Shown: positions 1-10,600 of the stretch, one piece after another
How the letters are laid out: the number at the start of each line of letters is the position of its first letter
Position numbering within the stretch: position 1 is the stretch's first letter
Assembly: GCA_029247135.1 (NCBI GenBank)
Contig: JAQWLS010000009.1
Span: 1,863-65,862, forward strand
DNA length: 64,000 nt
Direction: 5' to 3'
Source of the DNA: Dehalococcoidia bacterium
GTDB taxonomy: Bacteria; Chloroflexota; Dehalococcoidia; UBA2979
Position numbers and translations under genes: made by a program
The notes under the pieces: generated by a model
The model's input: only the letters and a program-made list of their open reading frames with translations
Database searches by the model: none
What the model was told of the DNA's origin: nothing

Positions 1-127
1 CATGCTCTCGCGGAAAGCGCTCACGCTCGACAATCGTAACTGCGTACCCTGCATCTGCCAGGAATGTGGCCACTGCACTTCCACCTGGTCCACCACCAAT
101 TACTACAATGTCACACACGTCTGCCAC
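1..127 (-). CDS. FAD-dependent oxidoreductase, flavin-dependent halogenase/geranylgeranyl-reductase-like (5' part only; runs off window)
   Basis: Not in the ORF track. Manual translation from GTG at 127: MADVCDIVVIGGGPGGSAVATFLADAGYAVTIVERERFPREH. Has a GxGxxG FAD motif and ERxxFPRxH; AGGAG RBS upstream. Confidence 0.8.
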   Translation of the reverse strand, partial: MADVCDIVVIGGGPGGSAVATFLADAGYAVTIVERERFPREH

Positions 128-163
128 AAAACACTCCTATTTTTACTCTAAATCAAATAGGCT

Positions 164-214
164 GAAATGAAAACTGACCTTGGAAACTATAAGCTTCCAA
201 GGCCAGCTTCATTT
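164..214 (-). terminator. Stem-loop downstream of ABC substrate-binding gene, probable intrinsic terminator
   Basis: Inverted repeat ctgaccttggaa...ttccaaggccag, extended by aaatgaa/ttcattt. Confidence 0.55.
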
Positions 215-269
215 ACCTGCTAGATAGCGTCCCACTCATCGTCGCGACGCTACTGTCAACGTGGCTAAA

Positions 270-2066
270 TTAGGACTTACTTGCCCACTTGAGATAGCCC
301 CATGCATCAGCATCGTAACCACCATTCCACGCAACGTTTGGCGACCTGAATCTATTTCCATTAGTTCGCACAACACAGTTAGACCAAGCCACATCAAGGA
401 ACTTCTTATTCCAAGCTTCCCAGTCTTCAATTTCACCATCTTTAGCTTTCTCGATCAGGTCCATCCACTCGAGCTCGTCCTTAACACCTGGGCGATCTCT
501 TAGTGCGACGCTACCGTCGCCAACTGGAGCATTCATTCGGCCATCATACGAGTCAGCATATAGAACCGTCAGTGCGGGACTTCCCTGCTTAATCCAGTTA
601 CCGAAACCGATCAGCATGTGCTCAAAGGTACCAGTGGTCTGCAGAGAAATCATTTCACTGTACTCACGGTTATTGATCTGTAGTTCAATACCCATCTGGG
701 CTAGATCCTGTTGAATCATCTGTGCCGTAGCTGGAGCATCCAACCTCTCAGGTAGTACATCAGCTTTCAGTACGTTGCCTTCAACACCACCAGCAGCAGA
801 AATAAGCTTCGCAGCCTCAGCAGGGTTATATGCAACTGTATCGAGCTCTGGCACAAAAGCAATAGAACTAGGCTGGAACTGAAGTCGTCCACCCTGATCG
901 AACTCACCAAAGTATTCCTTCTGAATTCGGTCCTGTTGCAGCAGGAGCATAAGACCCTGTCGCACTCGCTTGTCTAAAATATCGGCACGCAGTCGGAATA
1001 CTCGACCACCCATTCCACCGTATGTTTCATGCTCCCAGTCCCCATTGTCCGCAATCGCCTCAGCATGCTCAGGAAGCAAGGTTCCACCTGTGAAGAGGTC
1101 GATATCACCAGCTTCGAATGCGAGTCCTTGCGCACCAGAGTCCGCAAAAATCGTTGTTTCAATCTTATCCAGATATGGACCAGTATCACCCCAGTAATCT
1201 GCATTCTTCGTGAGTTCATAACCCACGTTAGGATCGTAATTACCAAACTTGAAAGGTCCTGTACCGTTCAGAACACCTTCTTTAACCTGCTCGAGGGTGT
1301 TCATATCACCAATATTTGCACCACGGAAAAAGTCATACATATATCCGGTTGGCTTTGACAACCTCACCACGACGGTCTTGTCATCTGGAGTCTCAACAGA
1401 CGTGAAGTTAGCTGACATGAGGTTATACGGGCTTCCTACCACGCCTTCATGCTCACCAGCCATCATTAGTTCATATGACGCCTTTACATCAGCGGCAGTC
1501 ATCGGCTTACCATCATGGAATTGAACGTCTTTATCAATCAATTTGAATATGACCGTAGTACCACCGTCGGTAACTTCCCAGCTCTGCGCAAGACTTGGAT
1601 AAACACTAAAGTCTGCGTCGTACAACTCGTATAAAGGAGCCTTCTGATCACGTGCAAGCTGACGCTTGCCTCTCATCTGTCCCACCTCGACCAATCGGTC
1701 GAATATTCGAGAGTTCTGATTCATGTATGTGTTGTTACCAGCAGTGTTAAACGGCATCCGCACGAAGTTTGGAGTCGAGTTGGTGCCCGCCTTAAGCGTT
1801 CCACCCATCTTGATGCCACTGTCAGTTGCAGAGGTGGTGGCCACCGAAGTTGCAACTACCTGCTGAGTCGCGGCTGCAGTCGCGGCACTACTGCTTGACG
1901 AGCTACTGCTTGACGCACTGCTGCCACCTGAGCTCGAGGCGGATGTAGTTTCATCATCACTGCCACAACCAATCAATGCCGCACCAGCAAGTCCTGCGCC
2001 ACCTAGAGCAGCTCCACGCATCAAACGACGTCTGGAGATACTTCGGCGATTCCAATAATCACTCAT
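270..2066 (-). CDS. ABC transporter substrate-binding lipoprotein, peptide/nickel (OppA/DppA, SBP family 5), Tat-exported
   Basis: SRRRLM twin-arginine motif, lipobox LIGC, Ser/Ala/Thr linker, PSLAQSWE, FHDGKPMTAADVKAS and GTGPFK family-5 motifs. Start moved to ATG 2066 (GAGGG RBS). Confidence 0.9.
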   Translation of the reverse strand: MSDYWNRRSISRRRLMRGAALGGAGLAGAALIGCGSDDETTSASSSGGSSASSSSSSSSSAATAAATQQVVATSVATTSATDSGIKMGGTLKAGTNSTPNFVRMPFNTAGNNTYMNQNSRIFDRLVEVGQMRGKRQLARDQKAPLYELYDADFSVYPSLAQSWEVTDGGTTVIFKLIDKDVQFHDGKPMTAADVKASYELMMAGEHEGVVGSPYNLMSANFTSVETPDDKTVVVRLSKPTGYMYDFFRGANIGDMNTLEQVKEGVLNGTGPFKFGNYDPNVGYELTKNADYWGDTGPYLDKIETTIFADSGAQGLAFEAGDIDLFTGGTLLPEHAEAIADNGDWEHETYGGMGGRVFRLRADILDKRVRQGLMLLLQQDRIQKEYFGEFDQGGRLQFQPSSIAFVPELDTVAYNPAEAAKLISAAGGVEGNVLKADVLPERLDAPATAQMIQQDLAQMGIELQINNREYSEMISLQTTGTFEHMLIGFGNWIKQGSPALTVLYADSYDGRMNAPVGDGSVALRDRPGVKDELEWMDLIEKAKDGEIEDWEAWNKKFLDVAWSNCVVRTNGNRFRSPNVAWNGGYDADAWGYLKWASKS

Positions 2067-2134
2067 ATAAACCCTCAACTTTCTTTTCAGTCCTGATTGT
2101 ATTCAACACTATTTACAAAACGTATCCGATAAAG

Positions 2135-2168
2135 ATACCTAACAGACTTTTGAAGGTCTGTTAGGTAT
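2135..2168. promoter_or_regulatory. Perfect 13-bp inverted repeat between oppC and SBP gene (operator or RNA stem-loop)
   Basis: atacctaacagac-N8-gtctgttaggtat. Confidence 0.45.
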
Positions 2169-2203
2169 ATAACAAAGAATTTATTTGCCTAATTCCCCAA
2201 GGC

Positions 2204-3115
2204 CTAGCTATCTCGTCTTCGAATTGGATCAAGTCTCTCGGCCAACACATCACTCAAAAAATTCAGAGATAACAAAAGTATGGCTATAAGCGCTATCGGG
2301 CCAAGCACGTAGTGAGGTGCGAATCTTGTATACCTACCTCCGTCCAATAGTAGCTGACCTAAGGTGGCATTCGGAGGTGCCGTGCCAAGACCCAAGTAAT
2401 TCAAAGCTGCCATCGTCAACACAGACGCGACCACCGCTAACGGCAACGCTACTGCAAACGCACCAAATGTGTTCACCGAAACATGACGCCATAAAATACG
2501 TCGCTCGGTTGCGCCAAGACACCGAGCAGCCGTCACATAGTCCCGCTCACGCTCACGCAGCACTCCGGCCCGGGCTAACCGTGCCATTTCATCAACACTA
2601 TAAATAGCAATTGCAATTCCAAGTGGCACGACTCCGCGACCTAAGTAATCACCTAAAATTGTGACCACTAAAATCGCAATCAAAATGCCCGGAAACGCGA
2701 GCAGCGTATCTACGCCACGCATGATCAAGATATCAGTTAAGCCGCCTCGCCACCCAGCAAGATAACCGAGCGCAATACCAACTATCCAACCGGCTACGAC
2801 TGCGCCAACTCCAACTATTACAGTCCTTCCCAGGCCGGACGCATTTCGCGCAAGTAAATCACGAGATATATGATCCGTCCCCATTGGGTGTTCCCAAGAA
2901 GGTGATTGGTTTTTTGGCACATTCTCAATCCAATTTGGGTCAGTGCCCCAAAGGAGTGGAACCAATGTGCCAAATAATAATAGAGTTGTAAGTCCAAATA
3001 ATGAGATGAATCCTCTAGGTGTTTTACCGACGGCACGGATCTCTTTTAGGAAAGATTTGAGAGCAGTAGATCGTACCTCAGGCGCAAAAAGCGGATCTCC
3101 TACACTCGCCGACAT
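2204..3115 (-). CDS. Peptide/nickel ABC transporter permease, OppC/DppC type (copy 2)
   Basis: PSWEHPMGTD motif, EAA loop DYVTAARCLGAT, multiple TM helices. Confidence 0.92.
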   Translation of the reverse strand: MSASVGDPLFAPEVRSTALKSFLKEIRAVGKTPRGFISLFGLTTLLLFGTLVPLLWGTDPNWIENVPKNQSPSWEHPMGTDHISRDLLARNASGLGRTVIVGVGAVVAGWIVGIALGYLAGWRGGLTDILIMRGVDTLLAFPGILIAILVVTILGDYLGRGVVPLGIAIAIYSVDEMARLARAGVLRERERDYVTAARCLGATERRILWRHVSVNTFGAFAVALPLAVVASVLTMAALNYLGLGTAPPNATLGQLLLDGGRYTRFAPHYVLGPIALIAILLLSLNFLSDVLAERLDPIRRRDS

Positions 3116-3207
3116 CCTAGGCTCCTTTTTTTACACCAAGATGAACTCTTAGGCCAAGTCTTACCATTATGTAATCTACGTAGGCCTTAGTTAGCTGGCC
3201 AGTGGCA

Positions 3208-4107
3208 TTAGCCATCTCGTCTTCGAATTGGATCGAGTCTCTCCGACATCACGTCACTCAAAAAATTCAGAGATAACAAAAGTATCGCTAGAAGCGTAAC
3301 CGGACCAAGCACATAGTGAGGCGCAAATCGCATATAGCGACCTCCATCCAGTAGAAGCTGACCTAAGGTGGCATTCGGAGGTGCGGTGCCAAGACCCAGG
3401 TAATTCAAAGCTGCCATCGTCAACACAGAAGCTACTACCGCGAGCGGCAGCGCTACTGCAAACGCGCCAAATGTGTTCACCGACACATGTCGCCATAAGA
3501 TACGTCGCTCAGTCGCACCAAGGCACCGAGCAGCTGTCACATAATCACGCTCACGCTCACGCAGCACTCCGGCCCGGGCGAGCCGTGCCATGCCTGACAC
3601 ATTAAAAATAGCAATGGAGATTCCAAGTGGTATGATCCCGCCTCCCAAAATCGTTAATACTACAATCGCAATCAAAATGCCAGGAAACGCCAGCAGCGTA
3701 TCTACTCCGCGCATGATGAAAATATCGGTTAGACCTCCTCGCCACCCAGCAAGATAGCCAAGTGCTATACCAACTATCCAACCTGAGATCACGGCCCCGA
3801 TTCCGACCACTACTGTTCGCCCCAAACCAGAGGCATTTCGCGCAAGCAAATCACGGGATATATGATCCGTGCCCATTGGGTGTTCCCAAGAAGGTGATTG
3901 ATTTTTTGTCACATTTTCAATCCAATTTGGATCAGCACCCCAGAGCAATGGGACTAGAATCGCAAATAAAAATAAAAGTGATAAGCCAAATAATGAAATA
4001 AATCCTCTAGCTGTCTTGCCAACGGCTCGTATTTCTTTTAGCAGGGCGCTCAGAGTTGACTGAGGTATCTCGGACGCAAACAGAGGATCGACTGTGTTAG
4101 CTGACAT
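3208..4107 (-). CDS. Peptide/nickel ABC transporter permease, OppC/DppC type (copy 1)
   Basis: Same motifs; close paralog of 2204..3115. Confidence 0.92.
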   Translation of the reverse strand: MSANTVDPLFASEIPQSTLSALLKEIRAVGKTARGFISLFGLSLLFLFAILVPLLWGADPNWIENVTKNQSPSWEHPMGTDHISRDLLARNASGLGRTVVVGIGAVISGWIVGIALGYLAGWRGGLTDIFIMRGVDTLLAFPGILIAIVVLTILGGGIIPLGISIAIFNVSGMARLARAGVLRERERDYVTAARCLGATERRILWRHVSVNTFGAFAVALPLAVVASVLTMAALNYLGLGTAPPNATLGQLLLDGGRYMRFAPHYVLGPVTLLAILLLSLNFLSDVMSERLDPIRRRDG

Positions 4108-4108
4108 C

Positions 4109-5074
4109 TTACGCCTCCGCTTTTCCGCCGAGACGAATTCTCGGATCTAGCCCAACGTATAACAGGTCCGTTATTAAATTAACGACCAAAAATATAATAA
4201 CTAGTAGCAAAGTGATGCCCTGCATCATCACATAATCTCGCTCACGCACTGCGCTCACTAATGCACGGCCTACACCCGGCCAGGTAAACACTTGCTCAAT
4301 TACAAGAGTACCCGCCAATACACCCCCTACCTGTAACCCCATAATTGTGACGACGGGAATGAGACTCGGCTTCAAAGCATGTCGAATCATGACGGTACGT
4401 TCACGGAGACCCTTAGCGCGAGCCGTTCGGATGTAATCTTCGGTCAATGTATCTAAAATCGACTGCCGTGTATACCGAGAAATCTGAGCCGCAACAATAC
4501 TACCTAACGCTATCGTAGGAAGTGCCAGATGCTTAAGTGCATCTAACGGATCTTCAGTGAACGGTACCCTCCCAGATGCCGGTAATATCTTAAGTTGAAC
4601 AGCAAAAATCAAAAGATACAGAAGACCCGCGATAAATGACGGAATACCTATGTTGATTCCAGTCCATAAGGAAGCAATATAATCCCACACTCCGCCTCTG
4701 TTCACGGCCGCCAGTATTCCTAATACCACGCCCCACACAAAGCCGTAAGTTAATGCGAATAATGCTAATTCAATCGTTGCCGGGAAAGCACTGTATATGA
4801 TGTCAGCTGCTGGGATACCCTTGTTCATTGAAATACCAAAGTCGCCCTGTATAGCGTTCCCAAGCCAGCTGAAATACTGCACATGAAAGGGGTCATTCAG
4901 ACCCATACGCTCCCGAGCGAGTTCATATGCCTCTTGGCTAGTCTGATTCTCACCACTCGAAGCTAAAAGCGCCGGGTCGCCCGGTATCAGCCTCACGACC
5001 ATAAAAACTAGAAACGATGCCAGGATCATCACCGGTATCATCTGAGTGACTAAACGGTGCACGAAATACTGCAT
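4109..5074 (-). CDS. Peptide/nickel ABC transporter permease, OppB/DppB type
   Basis: LIPGDPA, EDYIRTARAKGL EAA loop, IEQVFTWPGVG, C-terminal LDPRIR. Confidence 0.93.
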   Translation of the reverse strand: MQYFVHRLVTQMIPVMILASFLVFMVVRLIPGDPALLASSGENQTSQEAYELARERMGLNDPFHVQYFSWLGNAIQGDFGISMNKGIPAADIIYSAFPATIELALFALTYGFVWGVVLGILAAVNRGGVWDYIASLWTGINIGIPSFIAGLLYLLIFAVQLKILPASGRVPFTEDPLDALKHLALPTIALGSIVAAQISRYTRQSILDTLTEDYIRTARAKGLRERTVMIRHALKPSLIPVVTIMGLQVGGVLAGTLVIEQVFTWPGVGRALVSAVRERDYVMMQGITLLLVIIFLVVNLITDLLYVGLDPRIRLGGKAEA

Positions 5075-5292
5075 AGCGCCTGAGCTCCATTCTTTAAATT
5101 AACCGTCAATACATTCGCATCGAGCCGTCAATCAGAAGTAAAATTAATCTCGATAAAAGATACAGCATCTGTTTATCATGCTGCATAGAATGTAGGTCTT
5201 GTAGCGCGGACGTTCTGTTATCTACCTAACAGTCACCACATTAATTTCATGAAACTATAATGACGATCATTAGAACGATGTAAAAGGTATTT

Positions 5293-7689
5293 ATGAGTCA
5301 CGCATTTTCGGACATTCGCGTATTAGATCTATCGACCAATTTATCAGGTGCATTCGCAGCTCGATTTTTTGGAGACTTCGGAGCCGAAGTAATACTTGCT
5401 GAAAATGAGGCAGGACACGCACTCCGCAAGTCCAAAGTACTCCATGCCTATGCCAATTGGAATAAAAAATCAATCCAGATCCAAGACGATGATGAGCTCG
5501 ATGCCTTGATAAAGAGCAGCGATATCATCATCACAACTGAAATTAATAAAAAAGATGAGCTCTTCGCTCGAGTCAGCGAGAAAAGACTTCGTAGCTCGGT
5601 TCACCTATCTGTCACCCCGCATGGTCTAGATGGCAATCTTGCGGGAGTCCCTGGGAATGGCCTAACGGCTTCAGCACGAACAGGGTTCTCACATATTAAC
5701 GTGTATGAAAATGAGCCACCTCTGCAATTACCAGTCAATCTGACGGGTTTCATTGCTGGAGTATGTGGATTTATCACATCTGCGGCGGTTGCACTACAAA
5801 TGAGAAGTTCGGGTCTTGGCGATCTAGTCGATGTAAGCGAAGTTGAATCTCTTTCTCTCGCGTCTGCACCATGGGCCATTCAAGCCATCTTTGAAAATCG
5901 AGGATGGGCGAGAGGCGTACTCGGTGGCAAAGCACGAGGTATCCCCGGACCTCTCTGGGAAGCCAAGGATGGCCTTATTAATTTTGGCTTGGGTGATTTT
6001 AGGAATTGGACTGAGTCCATGAGAGTACTAGGCGTGGAAGAATATGCTGAAAATACCGATCTCATTCCAGATATAGGACGTCATGGCAATCCACAACTTC
6101 TAGAAGTTGTGGCGGCCGTTACTAGAACTGTGCCAAGCAAGAATCGTAAAGATCTATTCCTTGCGCTTTGCAAATTGCGCTCAATCACGGGAATGGTTCA
6201 GGATATGTCGGATATCGAATCGTGCGATCATCTAAATGCGCGAGACTATTTTCGCACCACGAATATCGATGACAAATTGGTCAAATTTCCGGGTCCATCA
6301 GCGCACTTATCCCCTCTCAAGTGGGAGCTACGATCTGATGCACCTTCGCTTGATCAAGATCGTGATCAAATAGATATCAAGCGAAACTCTGTCGCAATCA
6401 AAAATCCTAGTTCAATAGCGATGTCATCGGATGGACCACTAGCTGGAAAAAAAGTGCTCGCATTCACGCACGCCTGGTCAGGCACGTTCGCAACTGAGCT
6501 GTTAGGCCTCCTGGGAGCTGACGTGGTTCAAATTGAGGCCCCACACCGGGTGGATGTTTGGAGAAGAGTAAGTAATAAGGTGCCTGAAGGTGTGCGAAAT
6601 ACCGATATCGATCAACACTTTCTGAATACGCAAGGTCTGTATAATTCAGCGAACTTAAATAAACGTGCAATAACACTGGACATGAGAACGCCGGAAGGAC
6701 AGGAAATATTTTGGCAGCTCGTACCCCATTTTGACATAGTTATGGACAATTTCACACCGCAAATTTTGCCGCGGTGGGGAATTACACTGGAAACGCTCGC
6801 TGAAAAACGCCCTGGTATCGTATTTGCGTCATTATCTGCTTACGGCGCTACCGGACCATATCAAGAATTTCCCGGAAATGGCGGCACGACTGAACCTATG
6901 TCCGGCCTGTCGTCAATTCATGGCTATGAAGGTGATCTGGGGATGAACACGGGAGGAATGATTCCCGATCCAATATCCGGATATTTCACAATTGCTTCAG
7001 TTATAGCCGCGCTACATGAGTCGAGCAAAACCGGAGAAGCGCAACGCATCGAAGGTTCGATGCTCGAATCTCTCACAGCAATTGTCGGCGATGCACTAGG
7101 TGAATATCAGCTCAGCGGTGAGGTTCCCAGACCGCATGGCAACAAACACCCTGAAATTGCCCCGCACGGTGTGTACCAAACCAAAAATAGTGAATGGATT
7201 GCGATTTCAGCCGATAATGAAATCGCCTGGGATAACCTCGCCAAGCTATTAGGACTTACTGAAGATTCACAATTCAAAAGCCGGCAACAACGAAAAGAAA
7301 ATGAATCTCTTCTAAACGAAATCATAGGTAAATGGGCCCAAAATCAATCAGCACAAGGCATGGAAAACCAACTAACTGAATTAGGCGTATGTGCTGCACG
7401 GGTAGCTGAACCTTACAAGATATATAGCGAACCTGATGCTAATTTCCTCTCGAGAGATTTTTTATCGTATATTAAGCATCCAGAGACAGGAGTCAACGTA
7501 CTCCCCGCACGTGCCTGGAAGTTTGAAAGTATTAAATCATCTGAAGTTCGTCCGGCCCCCTGTGTCGGTCAACATAGTAAAGAAGTGTTGCAGGAATATT
7601 TAAATATCACCGATGAGAAATATCAAGAACTGATTGAGAACACCGTAACCGGAACAATATACGACTACGAAAGGTACAAACAAATATGA
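5293..7689 (+). CDS. Family III (CaiB/BaiF) CoA-transferase, two-domain fusion
   Basis: Two repeats of the family N-terminus (FSDIRVLDLS..FGAEVI; GPLAGKKVL..LGADVVQIE), NWNKKSI/NLNKRAI, APSLDQ/APCVGQHS. Confidence 0.9.
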   Translation: MSHAFSDIRVLDLSTNLSGAFAARFFGDFGAEVILAENEAGHALRKSKVLHAYANWNKKSIQIQDDDELDALIKSSDIIITTEINKKDELFARVSEKRLRSSVHLSVTPHGLDGNLAGVPGNGLTASARTGFSHINVYENEPPLQLPVNLTGFIAGVCGFITSAAVALQMRSSGLGDLVDVSEVESLSLASAPWAIQAIFENRGWARGVLGGKARGIPGPLWEAKDGLINFGLGDFRNWTESMRVLGVEEYAENTDLIPDIGRHGNPQLLEVVAAVTRTVPSKNRKDLFLALCKLRSITGMVQDMSDIESCDHLNARDYFRTTNIDDKLVKFPGPSAHLSPLKWELRSDAPSLDQDRDQIDIKRNSVAIKNPSSIAMSSDGPLAGKKVLAFTHAWSGTFATELLGLLGADVVQIEAPHRVDVWRRVSNKVPEGVRNTDIDQHFLNTQGLYNSANLNKRAITLDMRTPEGQEIFWQLVPHFDIVMDNFTPQILPRWGITLETLAEKRPGIVFASLSAYGATGPYQEFPGNGGTTEPMSGLSSIHGYEGDLGMNTGGMIPDPISGYFTIASVIAALHESSKTGEAQRIEGSMLESLTAIVGDALGEYQLSGEVPRPHGNKHPEIAPHGVYQTKNSEWIAISADNEIAWDNLAKLLGLTEDSQFKSRQQRKENESLLNEIIGKWAQNQSAQGMENQLTELGVCAARVAEPYKIYSEPDANFLSRDFLSYIKHPETGVNVLPARAWKFESIKSSEVRPAPCVGQHSKEVLQEYLNITDEKYQELIENTVTGTIYDYERYKQI

Positions 7690-10600
7690 GCTTCCAAAAA
7701 ATATTGATCGCTAACCGTGGTGAAATTGCGATACGCATAATGCGAGCCGCAAATGATCTTGGAATTCAAACAGTAGCTATATATTCAGAGGATGATTCGA
7801 CTTCATTACATAGAACTATTGCTGACGAGAGTTTTGCTCTTTCCGGTAGAGGTGTGCCGGCATATCTCGATATGGACACAATTATTGATGGTGCAAAAGA
7901 AATGAATTGTGATGCCGTCCACCCAGGTTACGGATTCTTAGCTGAGAATTCACAGTTTGCAAAAAAATGTGCCGAACAAAATCTAACTTTCATCGGACCC
8001 GAGGTTGAACATCTTGAATTGTTTGGAGATAAAGGACGTGCACGAGCGGCCGCCACAGCCGCTGGAGTCCCAATTCTTAAGGGTATTGACCATTCTGTTT
8101 CGCTTGAAGAGGCACAAGAATTTTACTCAAGTCTTGGGGCAGATGCGGGCATGATGATCAAGGCTGTTGCTGGTGGCGGAGGACGAGGATCGCGAGCTGT
8201 AACCGATGCACTTGAAATAGAAGAAGCCTATAAAAGATGCCAGTCGGAGGCAACCAGCGCCTTTGGTAATGGAGAACTCTATGTGGAAGAATTCATTCAA
8301 CAGGCAAGACATATTGAGGTTCAAATTCTTGGAGATAAAAACGGGAATATCATCAACCTTGGCGAACGTGAATGCAGTGTCCAACGACGATATCAAAAAA
8401 TAGTTGAAATTGCGCCTGCTCCCCATCTTCCCGAGCGGCTGCGTGACGACATTATCGAAGCCGCCCAACGTCTTGCCCAAAGTGTAAATTATTCGAATCT
8501 CGGCACCTTTGAATTTCTCGTGAACACCGACGCGTCTGACGGTGGCGATCCATTTTCATTCATTGAAGCAAATGCTCGGCTCCAGGTCGAACATACCGTC
8601 ACAGAGGCTGTGACCGGTGTAGATATTGTGCAAACCCAAATTGAACTAGCTGGCGGAACACTACTTGCAGAGCTCGGATTAGATGACCCGGATATCGGAG
8701 TACCTCGAGGGTTTGCTATCCAAGCTCGTATAAATATGGAGACACTCGGTGTGGACGGAACCGTGCGCCCAGCAGGAGGAACTCTCCGTTCGTACGATGC
8801 ACCAAATGGCCCAGGTGTCCGAACCGATGGGTTTGGATATGCGGGTTACACAACCAGTCCAATGTTCGATTCATTACTTGCAAAAGTAATTACACATTCA
8901 CCGTCTAATAAATTTAAGACTGCTGTACAGCGATCACTTCGTGCGCTTTCTGAATTTCGAATAGAAGGCGTAGCCACAAATATCCCCTTCTTGATGAATG
9001 TTCTAACAAACACGGACTTCATTGATGGATCGGTACATACACGATGGGTCGATGAAAAAATAGCTGACCTCGCAATAGCAGATACTGAGAGCCAACAAAA
9101 ACGCTGGATTGAAAGTGCAGAGGCACCAGTCCCTGTGGCCGCAGGTCAACAGGCAAGCCCGCTCACTGGGACCGCTCCAGTCATGGTAGACACATCAGAC
9201 CCTTTGGCACTTTTTAGTTATGACCGTCAGGTGAAAGAAGCTGAAAAAGTTGAGCTCCCGGCAGAGGATCCGGGAGCTAGTCTGATAGGCCCTGATGGAT
9301 CTATTGGAGTCGGCGCTCCAATTCAAGGAACGATCATTCAAATCTCCGTCAGCGAAGGAGATTCGATACGCATGGGCCAGGAAATGCTGATTATGGAAGC
9401 CATGAAAATGGAGCACGTAATTAAGGCTGATGTAAGCGGAATCGTTAAAAAAATCAATGTTGAACCGGGAGACATCATTGTCGAGGGTCATCCATTAATT
9501 TTTGTCGAAGAAGGTGAATTGGACGAAGCCAGTTTCGAAGAGGAAGAAGCCATAGACCTTGATTACATCCGACCTGATCTAGAAGAAGCCTACGCTAGGC
9601 ACGCATTCACCCTCGATGAGAATAGACCCGAAGCTGTAGCAAAACGATATGGACGTGGCTATCGAATGCCGCGTGAAAATATCGCGCAACTGGTTGATGA
9701 AGGAACATTCAAAGAATATGGACCGTTAGTGGTAGCACGGCAACACCAACGATTTAGCAGCGAGGAACTCAGAAAAAATACTCCGGCAGATGGTCTCGTA
9801 TCAGGTATCGGCTCAGTGAATGGAAAACACTTTTCCCCTGAGCAGGCTCGGACAATGGTTATATCCTATGACTACACCGTACTTGCTGGGACGCAAGGTG
9901 GGCGTAACCACTACAAACAAGATCGTATGTTCGAGCTCGCACAGAGATTTAAAATTCCACTAGTCTTTTTCACTGAAGGTGGGGGTGGACGTCCAGGGGA
10001 TGATCGGATCGGGCCTGGAGTGGCGTTCGATACCCATACATTCACACAATTCTCTCAGCTTAGTGGCTGGATTCCACTCGTAGGAATCACGAATGGGCGG
10101 TGCTTTGCAGGCAATACTGCACTCTTGGCCTGTTGTGATGTAATCATTGCGACTGAAGGATCTACGGTTGCTATGGGCGGGCCAGCGATGGTTGAAAGTG
10201 GCGGCCTAGGTGTATACACACCAGAAGAACTCGGTCCGATGTCATTCCAAGTGCCAAATGGAGTGGTTGACATTCTGGTTAAAGATGAAGAAGAAGCTGT
10301 GGATGTTGCTAAAAAATACCTATCGTATTTCCAAGGCCCGATAGATGAATGGGAGGCTCCCGATCAGCGGCCTCTTAGACATATTGTGCCAGAAAACCGA
10401 AAACAACTATATGACATGCGTGAAGTAATAAACACGATCGCCGATAAAGATTCAGTACTTGAAATACGGGAAAAGTTCGGTATCGGTATTATCACGGCCT
10501 TCATGCGAATTGAGGGTAAACCCATGGCGGTGATAGCTAATAATCCTCATCATATCGCTGGCGCAATTGACTCAGATGGAGCTGACAAGGGTGCTCGTTT

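Noticed and set aside
1822..1962. Short repeats (ctactgcttgacg twice) in the SBP gene
   Set aside because: They encode a low-complexity Ser/Ala/Thr linker and are not a CRISPR array or mobile repeat.
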